Positions 35,299 to 49,500 of a stretch of DNA of 64,000 nt are shown one piece after another. Every line of letters begins with the position of its first letter. The stretch's first letter is position 1. This stretch comes from Pelomyxa schiedti. Lineage: Eukaryota; Protista; Evosea. Position numbers and translations under genes: made by a program. Under the pieces are notes generated by a model, which saw nothing but the letters and a program-made list of their open reading frames with translations, was not told where the DNA came from and did no database searches. Location: positions 1 through 64,000 of the forward strand of contig JAHLWZ010000381.1 of NCBI GenBank assembly GCA_020536535.1. The letters are read 5' to 3'.

Positions 35299-36233
35299 AT
35301 GAAGTAAACGATCAATACAAAAAACAACGATCACAACGACCACAAACTCCATACCGTCGTCATCATTGGTTTTTTTTCCGCACTGCACGTTCTCCCTGAC
35401 GTGACCTTTTATTGCTTCCCTGCGAAACACATTAAACGGCCAAAACCCATGACACCGTTTCAATATTCAATTTTAAAAATGCCGGTTGGTAATGGTGCTA
35501 ATTGCACTGCAGGACACTTACTTGCTCGTTCAGCGGCTTCAAAATATTCCCAGGCAGGGGTATCAAGTACGTCAAGGCTGATTGCAAGGTTGGTATAAGC
35601 TTCTATTTTTCCCCTCTTCTTTACCTCTCACAATGCTCTAAAACAACAATAATTTCAACCGAAATTCAATAACCCCACCCAAACAGGCCTTCGTATTTTT
35701 CAGCTCAAAGACAAAGAGAGCTTTCCTTCACCGCGCCAATCCTCGAAACCGCAGATGGACCCAGCAATACAGAACAGTCAACAAGAAGGGACAACAAACC
35801 GAGGCTGTTGCTCACCAACGCCGCCGCAAAACACACAAGGTCGAGAGGGCCATTGAGGGCGCATCATTGGATGAGATTAGACAAAAAAGAATGCAGCGAC
35901 CTGAGGCCCGCGCTGCCGCCCGCGAAGCCGCTCTCCTGTACCCCTCCTCCCTTCTTCCCAACAAACTTATTCACCCCAATTTTCTGCCAACAGGAAAATC
36001 AAACAAAGCAAGCAGGCTAAAGCCAAGCCCACCTCGGCTGCCCCCAAGAAGCCCGCCGCTCCAGCTGCCGCTGAGAAGGCAGCAAAGCCCGTCAAGGTAC
36101 TATTGACCCTATTTCGTTTTATCTTGGTTCTAATCAGGGTGTATTACATTTACAGGCAGCAAAAGCCAAAAAGGCAGCACCAGTGAAGAGTGTACCCAAA
36201 CAAAACCCCAAGACCCAACAGAAGGGCAGGTAA
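35299..36233 (+). CDS. RPL24: 60S ribosomal protein L24 (eL24)
   Basis: MK|TLTCSFSGFKIFPGRGIKYVKADCK|AFVFFSSK..NPRNRRWTQQYR..KVERAIEGASLDEIRQKR; K/A/P-rich tail. Confidence 0.93.
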
Positions 36234-36366
36234 AAATGTGGACAGGTGCAGTGAACAACATAAATAATCGAAAAATCCTTCTTGTTCTGTTACTGGTTCA
36301 CCTCCTTTCTTTGGTTTTGGGTTTGTAGTTGTTTTTGTTGAACAATACACGTAGAGTTCAATCAAA

Positions 36367-37090
36367 TCACGCTTCTTCCACCCTTGATGGCCTTGTTTCC
36401 TTGTGCCCAAGCCAAACGGTGATGTATTCAACGCTGGTCTCCTCAATTTCTACAGCACTAAGTACGTGTTCGCCGGAAGCAGAAGTGTTTGGGTCGTTGT
36501 AGTACTGTGCGTCATCTGGGGGTTCTACTACGCAATGCTCAGCGTGTGCAACCAGAGCAGTGGGAGTTAGGAAACCCCGATTGCAGTGCGGGCACCACTG
36601 GAGTGATTCAGAGGGTGGGGTGCTGTTTTGGGGCTGTGGTCGGGTGTGAAATTCTTCTATAAAATTCCCTCCATCCCAATTTATTGGTTATAGGTGTGAA
36701 TAATTACATAAATTTATGTACGGTACGGAACACCAAGTACTGGGGAAAGAAAAGGGCATACGGCTCTGTCTCATCTGGCTCTTCGTAGAGCGGCGTTGCG
36801 GAGTAACTTTCACGATAGTTCCTGTTCATGTCCTCGAATGTATGTACACGTGGGTGATCAGGCAAGACTCCAAACTGTGGAGGAGACTGGTAGGCACGCG
36901 CGCCGCCAAAAAAGTCGCTGCTGGCGTAACCAAACATCGGCACCCCACCAAAGCCAAAAGGGTCACTTCCAAGCATAGAGAATAGGGGCGAAGCAGAGAA
37001 AAATGCTGTTTGCGGATATGCGTGCTGCCTCTGTGCCGCCCCGTTGCGAGAGGGAAAAAAAGCGTCGAATGGATCAAACCCCCACGACAT
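36367..37090 (-). CDS. Uncharacterised protein: F/G/P-rich low-complexity N-terminus plus a C2HC (UBZ-like) zinc finger
   Basis: MSWGFDPFDAFF..SDPFGFGG; exon 2 WCPHCNRGFLTPTALVAHAEHC. Confidence 0.55.
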
Positions 37091-37414
37091 TGGCACCACC
37101 AAGAATAATGTTACTGTGGACTCGCAGCACGGTTATATGTGTCTTCTTAGCTCTCTTTGTCGCTGTTACGGTACGCGCGATCTCCGGCTGCTGACTCTGT
37201 AGTTTCTAATTTAACTGAAATTCAGACAAGTTTCCAGGCAGGTAACTCGAGCTCAGATCTGATCAGAACTGACCAACGTGGCCCACTAGTGTCTCACACT
37301 TCCTCCCGAATGTAGTATCCCAGAAAGATTGCCCTTGCGGCCTGTCCATCATGGGCCCTATCGCCCTTCACCGAATGCAGAAAAACCCGAACAACCAACA
37401 ACAGCCACGATACG

Positions 37415-38861
37415 ATGGCAGACAACCAACCCCAACCGCCACCACCCCCGCCGCCGGCAATGGGAGGGGGCCCAGGGGGGCGAGGCCGCGGTGGGGGCCG
37501 CGGCGGGCGCGGGGGAGCCGAGGGGGCGGGCAAGCGGCGGGCGTGGGCCGACCCCACCGCGGCGCTGGGCGGCGGGGCCTGCGACCAGACCGGGGTGCCC
37601 CCGCTGCCCCCCGCGGTGGTCGCCGCGGAGCCCAGGGAGGGGCTCGACGACGTGGACGCCTTCTGGTCCGCGGTGGCCTCGGTGAGGAAGAGCCAGGCCG
37701 GCAGCGGCGGCGTGTGGTTCGTGCAGCTCACTCCCCCTGGTTTACAGGTTCCCTTTCCTTTTCTTTCCTCCGCTCCTGCTCTGTTGGTGTATTATGGGAA
37801 TGAATTTTTTTTTTTTTTTGTTTGTTTGTGTGAATGGTGTGTACTAATGGGATGTCGGGATAGACGGGAATAGTTGTTCTCAAGACATCAAATAGTATAG
37901 CTTCTGATTGGTTTTGCTTGGAACTTGGAAAGATTCTGGGTGCTCCTATGCCTGTGATGCGTATACTAAAACCGGAATCCGCTGAAGTATTGTAAATTCT
38001 TTCCCCAGTCACAACTCTTATCTCTAATGTGGCAACAGTGCAGCCACTTACGCTTGCCTCGAACGCCTTGCCATACAAACACATGGAGCAATACCTCAAC
38101 AGGCTAGGGGCCCACGTAACTTGAACACTCTTCTTCAACTCAGCTTGTGTGTCCCTGGGGCTGGAAGTTTTGCAAAACCTTATGCTCAACTCATGGAATT
38201 TTTACCATGCATGACTGGAGACCTCATGTTAGATTCCGCCATGTCCGCGGAACCCAATCCCACATCACCTGCAACAAAGTGCACAAATACCCAGGAAGCG
38301 CTGCAGCGGATCGGAAGACTGCTAGCTCTAGATGTGTTGACAAATAACTCAGATAGACTACCAGTTGGGCAGTTGTGGAAGTATATGGAAGGAGTTGAGG
38401 CAAACCTGCAAAACATCGCTTTCAGCCTCAGTGATTGTATGCCCTATGGCTTAGACCAGGCACTCAATTGCATATCCCCAACCCGGTCACATCAGAGATA
38501 TGAGGAATACCTCCAAGAGACCCAAAAAATCGTTCATGCAGCCCGAGAGGCTTGTTCAACAGACTCCATTCCTTCATACCGGCCATTTCAAACAGCAGCA
38601 TCCCTGTTGCAAAAAATGTTGGTTCTTACTCCCGGAGAAACTGCTCCACTGGAAAAATACATAGCAATTGGCTTCTGTGCTGCCCTGGATGAAGCAAAAC
38701 ACAAAATCTCCAGCCGGTCTGTTTTGGAGGAAATAAGGCAGAAAGTATGCACACCTTTTGAAAGGGTGGTGGAGATGTTTATGCTGACAAATGAATCAGT
38801 GGGACTCAACCGCGTCAACACTGACTTCCTTTGGGAATTGCTATCTGTCACACTTCACTAA
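37415..38861 (+). CDS. Actin-fragmin kinase family protein with N-terminal poly-Pro/RGG region
   Basis: GSGGVWFV..GIVVLK, QLMEFLP, RIGRLLALDVLTNNSDRLP..ANLQNIAF..LDQ (atypical PI3K-like kinase motifs of AFK). Confidence 0.75.
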
Positions 38862-39105
38862 ACGAGCCATAAAACAGTGTTTTGGCTTAGTGGGAAACTC
38901 TTTCGGCGTTCTATGAATAGCCATATTCATTGTGCACTTGTTTAAGATAAGTTTGGTTTCCTCATGAGGTCTATTCGACGAAATCCAAAAATGGCCTGTG
39001 ATCGTTTTTTCTATCCCAGGAGGGCGGTTAACACAAACTTTGTTCATTTTCCTTCACCAAAAACCAACGAAGTACGACGGGGATTCCCCTTCATTCACTA
39101 CGCGA

Positions 39106-42100
39106 ATGCACCTGTCCCACGACGACGCCGAGAACGACGCGAACGACACCCATAATGCCGCTCAGAGCACATCGCCTACCCCTCCACTAAAGCCAGGGAA
39201 GACTGAGGTACAAGGCCCAAGAGCGACTGTGACTGGGACTGGGACCAGGCCCGGACGGCGGCGCCGGAGACTGGACGCCATTGTGGGAATCGGTGTTGCT
39301 GTGGGCCTCGTCGTGGTCACGGCTGGATGTGTCTGGGCCACGTGGTTTTCGCTTCTGAATCAGTCTATTGACACAATGACAAATGAGGAAATGAAGTACT
39401 CTTCTGATTGTGTGCTTTGCTTTCTTTGTTCCCATCTCTATGGTTGTTGATCTAGTGATAACTTTGCTGTAGTGATTGAGACTGAGATATCTGCTGCCTT
39501 TCAGGTTTAAATGTGAATTTCTCTTTGGAAGAAGTCTTACCCATTGAGACAGGTCTTGACCACACAGGTTGATGTTTTGGCAGCTGGCATGATATTCAAT
39601 CCTCAGACCGCAGACTCAAGTCATGTATCCCAAATATGGCCAGAGCAAATAAGCCTTCTCGTTTCTGTAACTTCCGCTGTTCTGCTTTCAGTTTGTTCAG
39701 TTTTTACCAGGGAAAAAATCACATTTCGTTTGTTGCTATTCCATTGCATCCTGAAACCTTTGACCCATACATTGAATTTTGTGAGGCTTCAAAAGTTGAT
39801 ATTGTACGAAAATTTTTTCTCCCTCAGTACCTAGTGACCTATGTGAAAAGATTATGAGTGTTGTGATACCCTTCGCTGATGGAACAGGAAACCTTCTGGT
39901 CACCATCAAGGACAACTCTACAGGCGGCCTAATGTTAGGATATATCGTTTCCTCCACCACCCAGGAGCGCTTACAGATATTTCTTGCTGATGGTAACATA
40001 TCGTGGCCTCTACTCTTGCAACCTGCATTAAATGCAACTGGTGGTGTTACCTTCATTGGACCCGCATTTCTGAATTTATTGTACGTAATATGAAGATTCT
40101 ATATAATTTTCACTCAAGTTTCCAGTGGGACTTTAGACTCGATGATCTTCATGGAAAAAGTACCTCTGTTATCCTTAGTATTGTAGCTTAAAGGCGAAAG
40201 GTTATTTTTTCTCCCCATGGCTATCCTCTTGGGTGGGCAATCAGTGGCACAAAAACACTATTGGTGTGGGATGACTGCTTTGTTTCTTATCTGATTCGTT
40301 TAGCTTTCTGATATGTTAGGTTCGATTGAATTTCGGGATGGGAGTTTTGGCTATATCATTGATTCCGTTGGGCTGATAGTGTGTGCAATGGGAGCTGCAA
40401 AGACTATGGATGCCGAAATTGGGTATGAAATAATAAACAATCATTTTATTCAACTCAACTGTGGTTACCACAAGAACTACAACCCCAGACAAGTGCAACG
40501 ACACAAAAATTTCCAATTCGATGGAGAAGATTAATAGGCACATAAACACAACTTCTCTTTTGGAATCTGTATACTTGTCAGCCACTTTCGACCACAAAGA
40601 ATACCAAATGTGACCATCACTTCTCCTTCACACCTATTTTCGGAAAATTCACACAATTATAAAACAAAAATCAGAGCGGGTATCTGAGTTTGATCCCTCT
40701 TTCTATGATTAATTATATCGTGTAGTGAGCCCCATGTATCCCCATAAAACAGCAAAGTGGACACTTGTTATTGCTATATCTGCAGAGTATTCACATCCCT
40801 TTGTGGATTCTACTCACTTCTCCAAGGGTCTACAAGAAAGAAGCAAATTTTTCTTCCCGTATTATCATCTCCATTGCCATAACTCTAGGACTGGCCCTAC
40901 TTCTGGTGGGAGTTGCGTATGTCAGCTCTATTACCTAGAAACCATTAATAAATAAAAGGACCTTCTCTTCAATAAAGTTGTCATCCAATTCCCAGAGTCA
41001 CAACCCACAGACCCTGGACCTTGAATCAGGAATTACGAAGGTGAGATACCTAAGCCTTTGACATTTCCATAAATAGTGAATACAGGTGATTTCAGCATTA
41101 CATTCTTTGAAAGAGTCCAGTGATAAAAGAAGCAAAAAACTGATAGCAGAGATCATTATGAGCCTTACTCAAACAACATCCTTATTCATGCCCGACTTGA
41201 AGAATCAAGCTGTACTATTTGATAAAGACATTCAAAAATGGTATTTTCGGGCTGTCTGTTGAAAGGTTAAAACGTTTAATGACACCCAGGCTGGATGAGG
41301 AAATAGCACCCACTGGCTTTAGTGGTCCCACGGAAAGCCACAGCGTGGCTTCATCACAATGTATTAGTTTGAAAGGATCCCGCCCAGAACTACAGAACAT
41401 GGATTTGGGATCCCTAGATTTCCCGGTCAGTAACCTTTCCTAACTTTTCTTCTTATGCTTTGTGTTCAGCTATTTGATCTTCCAAGTGAAGGTATTCTGG
41501 AGAATATCTCTATGCAGGTTTTGGAAGAACTGGATGTATTAAAACCTTTGAACATCCCTACGGATGAAGTTAGGGCTTATATCAATGAAATTGAGCACCT
41601 ATATCAGGTTGGAAAGGGGGTGGGGCAAATTTGTAGTTTCTAAGCCTATTTAACGCCTTTTTTCTCAGCCAAATTACTACCACAATCAAGTTCATGCTGC
41701 CGATGTAGTTCAGTGTTTGTACTACTTGCTTGTACATGGGTTATGGGAAGCCATTGGCGTGAATAACTACCTTGATGTCTTTATCCTGATAATATCTGGG
41801 GTGGTGCATGACGTTGGGCACCCTGGGGTCAACAATGTAGGGATGAGGGCGTTTGAACTATGACTAACATAATTTCAGGCATTCCTCATTGCTACGGAGG
41901 ATGAATTGGCGATGCGTTACAATGGTATTGACCTATCAAATATTTGTTGTTAATATACGTTAGACAAAAGTGTGCTGGAGAACTTTCATTCCAGTGTAGC
42001 TGTAAAACTATTCCTCACAAAGTATACAACTCGTTGGAATCTGACAAAAGAGCAAATAAAACAAGGTATTGCTCCCGAAAATCATAAATTGTAATAAAAT

Positions 42101-42712
42101 CACGTCTGTGGGATAGTGAGGACAGGAATTATTAGCTTGGTCCTATCGACTGATGTATCACAGCATTTTGAGATTATTTCTAAATTCAAGGTTTGGAAAT
42201 AGTTCCCCTCAATCTCTTTTGTTTAGTTGTTAAATAATAGGTTTTAATGGAAAATCCCACCCGAGATTTTCAGAACAACAGAGACCATAGGATGCAGTTG
42301 ATGTGTATAGCTATCAAAACGGCAGATATATCCAATGTAACGTTACCACCATTTCACTAATATGAACAAGAAAACTTAAACTTATTTCTAAAAATAATGA
42401 ACGAGCATAACCCTCATCTCGTAGGTAATGAGACCACACGATATAATGCTACAGTGGGTGAAAAATCTCACACAGGAATTCTTCGCACAAGGAGACCAGG
42501 AACAAGCACACCATCTTCCTTTGAGCCCATTTGCTGACAGATCCTGCGGCACCGGAAAGCTGGCCAAGTTGCAGACTAATTTCGTTGGTCTAGTGGCAAA
42601 GCCCCTTGCTGCGATCTTGAATCTCGCCAGCCCTGCTGCCGGTTTGTTAAGCAATCTCGAGGCAACTAACGACTACTGGTCTGACAATCCCGCACCACTA
42701 GAGCTCAACTGA
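39106..42712 (+). CDS. Receptor-type class I 3',5'-cyclic nucleotide phosphodiesterase (TM - extracellular Cache-like domain - TM - PDEase)
   Basis: TM1 IVGIGVAVGLVVVTAGCVWATWF; TM2 IIISIAITLGLALLLVGVA; catalytic YHNQVHAADVVQ, HDVGHPGVNN, VLENFH, LSTDVSQH, IKTADISN, EFFAQGD, LQTNF. Confidence 0.88.
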
Positions 42713-43535
42713 AACCCTTCGGCGTTCCGGCGTAAAAAGGATAGGCGTAGCTTTGCTAGAGGAGAACAATAGAGAAGAGAAAAGGAATTTTTAATTTCCG
42801 TGTTTGTTGGATCAGTCTTCACTGTCAGTGGAAGCGTCCTTGCCTTCAGCTTCAGCCTAGCGGTAATGGAGGCATTCAACTGAAGAGTTGCCTCCGGTGG
42901 CATGCTGCGTGATCTCCGAGTGTGTCATCGACGGGCTTGCAAGCCATCGTTTACGAGATTTCTGATAACCTCCAATCTCTGGAGGGTCAGTGCTTAGCGT
43001 ACTACTCAAGAGTAGGGAGTACCCATTGGGTATGTCAATCCCGATCCCCACTCATTTCACATTCCAAACACACCCACTCTGAAGAAAGGATTTTTTTTGT
43101 CCACAAACACACGGAAAGCAACGTGTGTGTTGTGGATTTTGGAGGCTTGTTGGACCTGTGTCTTGGTCTTCTGGATCCATCACCTTCATCTCCAGTTCTC
43201 AACCAGTCACATCAGAACCCTGAGGGAGATTCCCCACCGTCTTCGCAGTTGGCCATGCCTCCCGACACTCAACAACCACAGGTGCCCACACAGACAAAAA
43301 CAAAAAACCCAGTCAGTCCCCGAGTGGGACTTTCCCCCTGTGCACGAACGATGAAAAAGAAAAAAAAATTAGGTTTCAATTACAAAAACCAGAAAGAAAC
43401 AAACAATCAAGGCAAACAATAGAAGAATCCTTTTCCTTATCTCGTTCTTGTTATCCGGTGTGTCTCACACCACGAACTACATCCCACACACATAAGTATG
43501 CATGGGGAGGGGGAACAGGATGGCATCATCAGGAA

Positions 43536-46500
43536 TCACGGTCGCTGTTCGTCATGGTCCGCCTTTTCCTTCCCCTTGTCTGCCTTTGCCCTCACTGCAC
43601 CGAGGGAACCACCATCCTCGTTTTCTTCTTCTTCCTCCTCCTCCTCCTGCCCCTTGTCATTCTCATCCTCATCGTCATCCTCGTCGTGGTGGTGGCGATT
43701 GCTCCTTTGCACCCCCCTGGTGCCGGACGATGACTTGGCGCCAAAGGGCAGGGGCCTTGTGCAGCACCCCACGTGCACCACCATGTTGGGGCACTTTGTG
43801 CACCTGTAGTAGTGCTCCTGGCCGCCCTCGATCAGCCCAGAGCACTGGGCGCACCGCAGTTCCTCGTTGTCTGTCCCTTCCTCCTCGTCGTTGTTGTCGT
43901 CGTCGTCTTCATCTTCACCTTGTGGTTTTGGAGGCGCGGCTTCCTTGAGCTCCAGGGGGTGCTTGTGAGTCCTGACGTTGATCATCGGCGGGAGCGGGGT
44001 CGATGCGCCCGAGCACCCGACGTGGCAGAACGCATGACAGGAACTGCAGAAATAGACTCCGCCTTCTTTGCCCTCACCACCATCGCCACAAGCACAGCAC
44101 ACGCCGCTGAGGTCCTTGGGGGCCTTGCCGAACTGGAGCGGGTGCTTGTGCTTGCTGTTGAGGATGATCCACTTCTGCGGGTTCTGCGGGTTCTCGAGGC
44201 ACTCGACGTGGAAGAAAACGTTCTCGGTGTGGCACTTGTACGCCCACGCGGGTCCCGGTTTTGGCTTGTTGCAGTGGTGGCACGTGAACTCGCCGCTGCT
44301 CAGGACCAGCTGCACTGGGTGTGTGTCTTGGTTGCACTTCTTCCACGTCAGTGGCTTCCCCTCGACGTCGGGAAGTTCCGTGGCTGACAGACAACACCCC
44401 ACGTGGAGAGTGTGTTTATCCAGCTTGCAATAATAAAACTGCTCCTGCCGGATGGCCTCGCATTTGTTGCAGGACTCCTCACAACGGCGAGACTTGAGTG
44501 AAAGTGGATGAGGGTGTGCCGATTCACCTGATTCGAGTACCCACTTTGGGAGTTCATGAGGCTCTCCGGCACACTGTGGGTGGAAATAAACACCTTCCGG
44601 TTTGCACACTTTGCACTCGAGTGCCCAACATGATCCCGGTTTCTCGCACTGGCAACACTGGAAGTCCTTCATGAACACCATTTTCAACAGGTGTGGATGT
44701 TCTGCGAATTTCTTCCAGTTATTTGGCTCTGATACGGGATCGGGAAGTGTCTCATAGGATTGCTTCATAATGCATTCAACCTCCACAAGGTACGCATCTT
44801 CACCTTCACAGACAGGACAAGCATAATTTTGCCCGGAGAAATATTTACTGCAGAGACTGCACAGAACGTTGCTCTGGGAACCTCCAAGTTTGAGAGGGTG
44901 TTTGTGTACTTCAACCTTCACCCACTTGGACAAGCCGTGAGGCTCACCAATGCAGGAAGGCTCAAAGTACAGGCCTCTCTTGGGACAGTGATAAACCCAG
45001 CCCCCTTGTTCTTTTTTCTTTTTGCACTGCCCACACTGATAAGAGCCGCTCTTGAATACCAACTGGAGTGGTGTTTCATGTCCGTCAAACATGCTCCATG
45101 AGAATGGAGTGTTTGGTTTTGGTGGTGGCTCTACTTCAGGAGAGTCGAGGCAGACTTCGATCACAAACGTGGAAGAGCATCGTTTGCAGGTATACCCAAT
45201 GCGGGGACTCTCCCGGTCCAGACGAACTGGGTGCTCATCACCTTCGTATAAAATCCATTCTGGCAACTCATAGGCGCCTGATGTGCACCGTGGATGGAAG
45301 TCCAGACTGTCCAATTCACAGTGATATTCCAATCCCGATCCAGGCTCTGAGCATTCCGAACAAACGAACTGTGGGCTTGACCGCAACTCGAGAGGGTGTT
45401 TGTGTGACTTAAACCTCATCCACTTGACAGAGTCGACGGACCATGGGAACTTGAGGTGGGCGAAAGCTTTGAAGAGAACATGAAGAGAATGTTTGGCCAC
45501 CACCTCACCTTGTTGTGGGTTAAGAACCACGATCGTGGGTTCACCTGTTTGAAGAGAGAAAGAAAAAAACGAATGTGAGGAGGGTCAATAATGAAACAAG
45601 AAAGGAGGGAACAGACATGGAGTGACATCAAACAGATCCACGAGAGTCTCTTGCAACTCCCTTTCGTCAAACTGGAGATGTGACCATCCATTGACATCCC
45701 TTGGGGCATTGGTTTTGAACAGTCTTGCGGAGCGATCACAGGAGATCTCAATGATGGAGAACGTGTTCTTTGGTTGTTCTTGAATGAGAGATTCATACTG
45801 CTCTCTTAGAGTTGTTGTGCATTTTTTGCCCCTTGGATTGGAATAATTCGAGAAGAACAAACCCAGGAACTTGGGCATCTGCTTTGGTTTGCTTTGTGCT
45901 GAAGTCCACACTACGGACTTCAGTTTTTCAACTTGTGCAAGAACGACGCTGGGATCTACCTCCCTCTCCATTTTGAGTGCCCCAATGATTGCACGTGACT
46001 TCAGAAGGCTTTTGCTTTCCACAGTGAGGCCTTTGACTGTTTGCACGCTTGCATAAGCAGCAACAAGAGGCTGCATCGTGTGGCCTGTTCTGTGAACCAA
46101 AGTGACATCGATGTCTCTCCAGACTCCAGGTTCAACACGAATAAAGTGGATGTCCCTTCCAGCAACAACAACAAGCATGTTGTCACCTGCTGCTGTGAGG
46201 GAGAATATCTGTCCGGAAAATGGACCCAACGTGAGGACGCACCTCCTTGGATATACCAACTGCCAGAATAAAATCGTTGAGTTTACTGTGGCGATGGCTG
46301 CCACTTCACCCTTCAACAACAGGCACCATGGCCCATCTTTCACTATGGTAATCAGCTTTTTCTCGAAATAGCCTATTTCTTCCCTGGGTTGTTCCTTAAG
46401 AAAGTTAATATTAATTTCAGGATCACAACTGTTTGCTATTAGCCCCCCACCCAGAACCAGGTTGAGGTCTAATGCGTATAAAATGCGCTCAGTCAAGAAT

Positions 46501-49500
46501 AGCTGAATTCGACTTTCACTGTTGGGGAAACCGATTTTGTCGGTCAGATGTTTCCTCACGGAATCATATGAAAAACTGTAGTGCAAAATCTCAGGAGAAA
46601 TTAATCCATCGGCAGTAACTTCTGGAAAAATAAAAACAGGTGAGGGATTGGACTCCACTCGTGTAATTGTGTGTGCCTCCTGGTCAATGATCATGGTAAT
46701 GTTGGATTCCTGGTTGGGGTTGGTGGTGAGGAGTATCACTGATTTCCAAGACGGGGAGACAACAACCGAGTTCCAATCCACCCTTTGCAGTGGAAGCTTG
46801 ATTGGTTGCTCTGCTACCAAGTTTGGTGTTGAAACGCCCCCAGTTTCCATTGATGATATATCATCACCCTCCCTCTCAGGCCCACGGTTTCCTCCAAAAA
46901 TCAAGTTCAGTACGCAGAACAGATTGTGTGGATCCATCGGGATGTCTTGGTCAGAGAAAACAACAAACCTTTCTTCACCAGTTGTGTCTGAGCCTTTGGT
47001 GTTGTTCTCTTCAGCTGTACCTTTCTTTCTTGTGAGAGCAATACCAAGCTTCACAGCCACCTCAGCTTCCTTTGATGGGAAGAAAGCTAAAGCTTTGATG
47101 TCGTGCCCGGTGAGTGTATTGTTGTGCTGGACGACTGCACCGCTGTTTAAATCCCAAACAAAGACAGTGGAGGAGTCACACCCAGCAAGGAACCTTCCAT
47201 CAGAGGAGAAGCATAGATGTGAATTAAGCGTGTTTGCCATGTCGAAGCCATTTGGAAGGGGCAACTTTTTGAGACCATCACTTGTCCACATCTCATGCAC
47301 AAAACCCCACTCGGGCGATGTCTCGGCATCCTCCACGTGTTCCCCTCTTTCTTCGTCTGAAGGTGGGTGTTTCCCAGGCTCGGAAGTACCCTTTTCTTTT
47401 GACTTGGCTGATGACGAACGGGAGTGCCGCTTACTGTCAGTTTCCTTTGCTTTTGCTGGCCTCCTTGTGGCTGTCAGTACTTTGGATTTGCAAGCAGCAA
47501 TACAGTGGCAAGGCCAACTCTCAGTGACCTGCAGATTTCTGGGCAACGCTTTGATCTCATAAATCTGGGAGTCTCCCAAATAACCAAGTGTGTCTTCACC
47601 AGTGAAGAAGCACTTTTGTGCCACGTCGCAGTTTACACTCTGCGACTCGACGTGCAGCAACTGTGTCCCAGCAAGAAGCCATGTCCCTTTGGGTGAGAAA
47701 GAGAGGACAGAGAAGAATCGAGGATCACTGACTTGGTGCTCAAAAAGCATGTGGAATGAATGCAAGTCCTTCTCAGAGAACTCCCACACCGTCACCTTTC
47801 CTGTTTGTTTGGAAAATCCGGCCAGTTTGTTTCTTGTTGGTGACACAGCAAACATTGAAATTCCACTCCCAATGTTCGTGGGTGTGTCTTTTAGTGGCGG
47901 TGGGGTGCTTGAGAGTTCCCCCGGTACCCCCCAGAATGGAGGACTCTTGTTCGTTGTCAGCAAAAGAGAAGACCCAATGAAAAAGTGAGCAAAGCAACCA
48001 TCGAGGACGTGCTGTGGAAGTACAACCACCCCTGCCTGTGCACTCTCTGTAACTGCTGTTGTGGTCTCTTTTACTGAGCCATCAGGTGAAGCTGGGGCGG
48101 GCAGGGAAAATATGAACGTTGCCGAACGTTCTTCCACTTCTTTTGAAATCGTGAGAACAGTGGAATCTGATGAGAAGCAAATGCTTTTGATTACGGCAGC
48201 TGACGAACCACATAGAGCTGATGATATTCCAGTCTTTGATGATGCCGAACCTTTTTTCAGTTCCATGGATTTCGGAAGGTCGACATTGACGCAGGTATTG
48301 GAGGGAATGTCCAGAACCAACACAGATTGATGATGCTCTTCATGCACAACCAGGCATATTTTCTTTCCATCAGGAGAGAATTTGCACTGGTCGCACTTAA
48401 CTTCGGGGCCCACTTCTTTGAATTCTAGGTCCTCGTCATTGACATCACACAACAGTGGGTGGCCTTTGTTGCGTGGGCATGCACACAACCTCGTTCCGTC
48501 CACAGTCACATCAACGCAGGCAAGGCCCACACCAAAATCGAAGGCAACCCTCTCATTGAAGCTCACGCCTGTCATGTTGCAGTTTCTGAGGTCGGCACCA
48601 CACAACCACACCTGCCCCATTTTGCAGTCACTGAAATCGGCCCTCACCAAATCTGCACCACCAAATATTCCACTGCTCAGGTCTGCACTGTTGATGTGAA
48701 TGCAACGCAAGTCCACGTTGGAGAAGTTTTGTTTTCCTTGAATAAGAAGCATCATCGCAGTTGATGCTGCTCTGTCAGCCCTGTCTAACCTCGCTTTGTT
48801 GTTGCCGTTGGAACGGTTTGTCCACTTTGAGTTCTCAACGAGGAGGAGGAGTGCTTTTCGCAGACTGAATGCATCTTCCACTGCGTCATCCCTCCTCATC
48901 ATCTCCAGTAAAAATCTGATAACGTCGTTGACTTTGACAAGCGTATACTGATTTATAAGGAGTTCTTTTGGATATTTCACAACCTTCGTTCTTCTTCCCT
49001 GCTCTTTTGCAGCTTGCATCTTCCTCAACCTCCTTCGAAGGTCGATAACAACGCTCAAGCTTGGTCTGAAGTTATTTTTTGTGACTGTGTAGTCGACCTC
49101 TTCTTCAAGGTGCATCTCAGGCTTCAGTGTTCTGGAGAGAACCGATTCGCAAGCCTCTTTAACACTGCTGACTTCAGTGGTTCTGCTAGAGCTCATTTCT
49201 TCCAGGATGTCAGCTATGACTTTTTCCTTGTCAATAGAGGAACCCTTCTGTGCCTCAGGGTGGGAGTGAGCCTCTTTGATCTTCTTCATCCATTTGTCAA
49301 GACGTTGCCTTCCCCCAATCGCAGAAAGTATCTTGGCCAAAATTTCTCTGAGTCTCTTGAAATTTTCCTCCTGTTGCTGGTCCGAGGTGGCAGCAGTAGA
49401 GGCTGAATCGTCTGTGTTTGTGGCAGTAACTGTGGAGCTGGTTGCAGCCTTACCAGAAGAGGTGCTTTCGGGTGGGATTTGTTGCTTGGCAACCGCAGTT

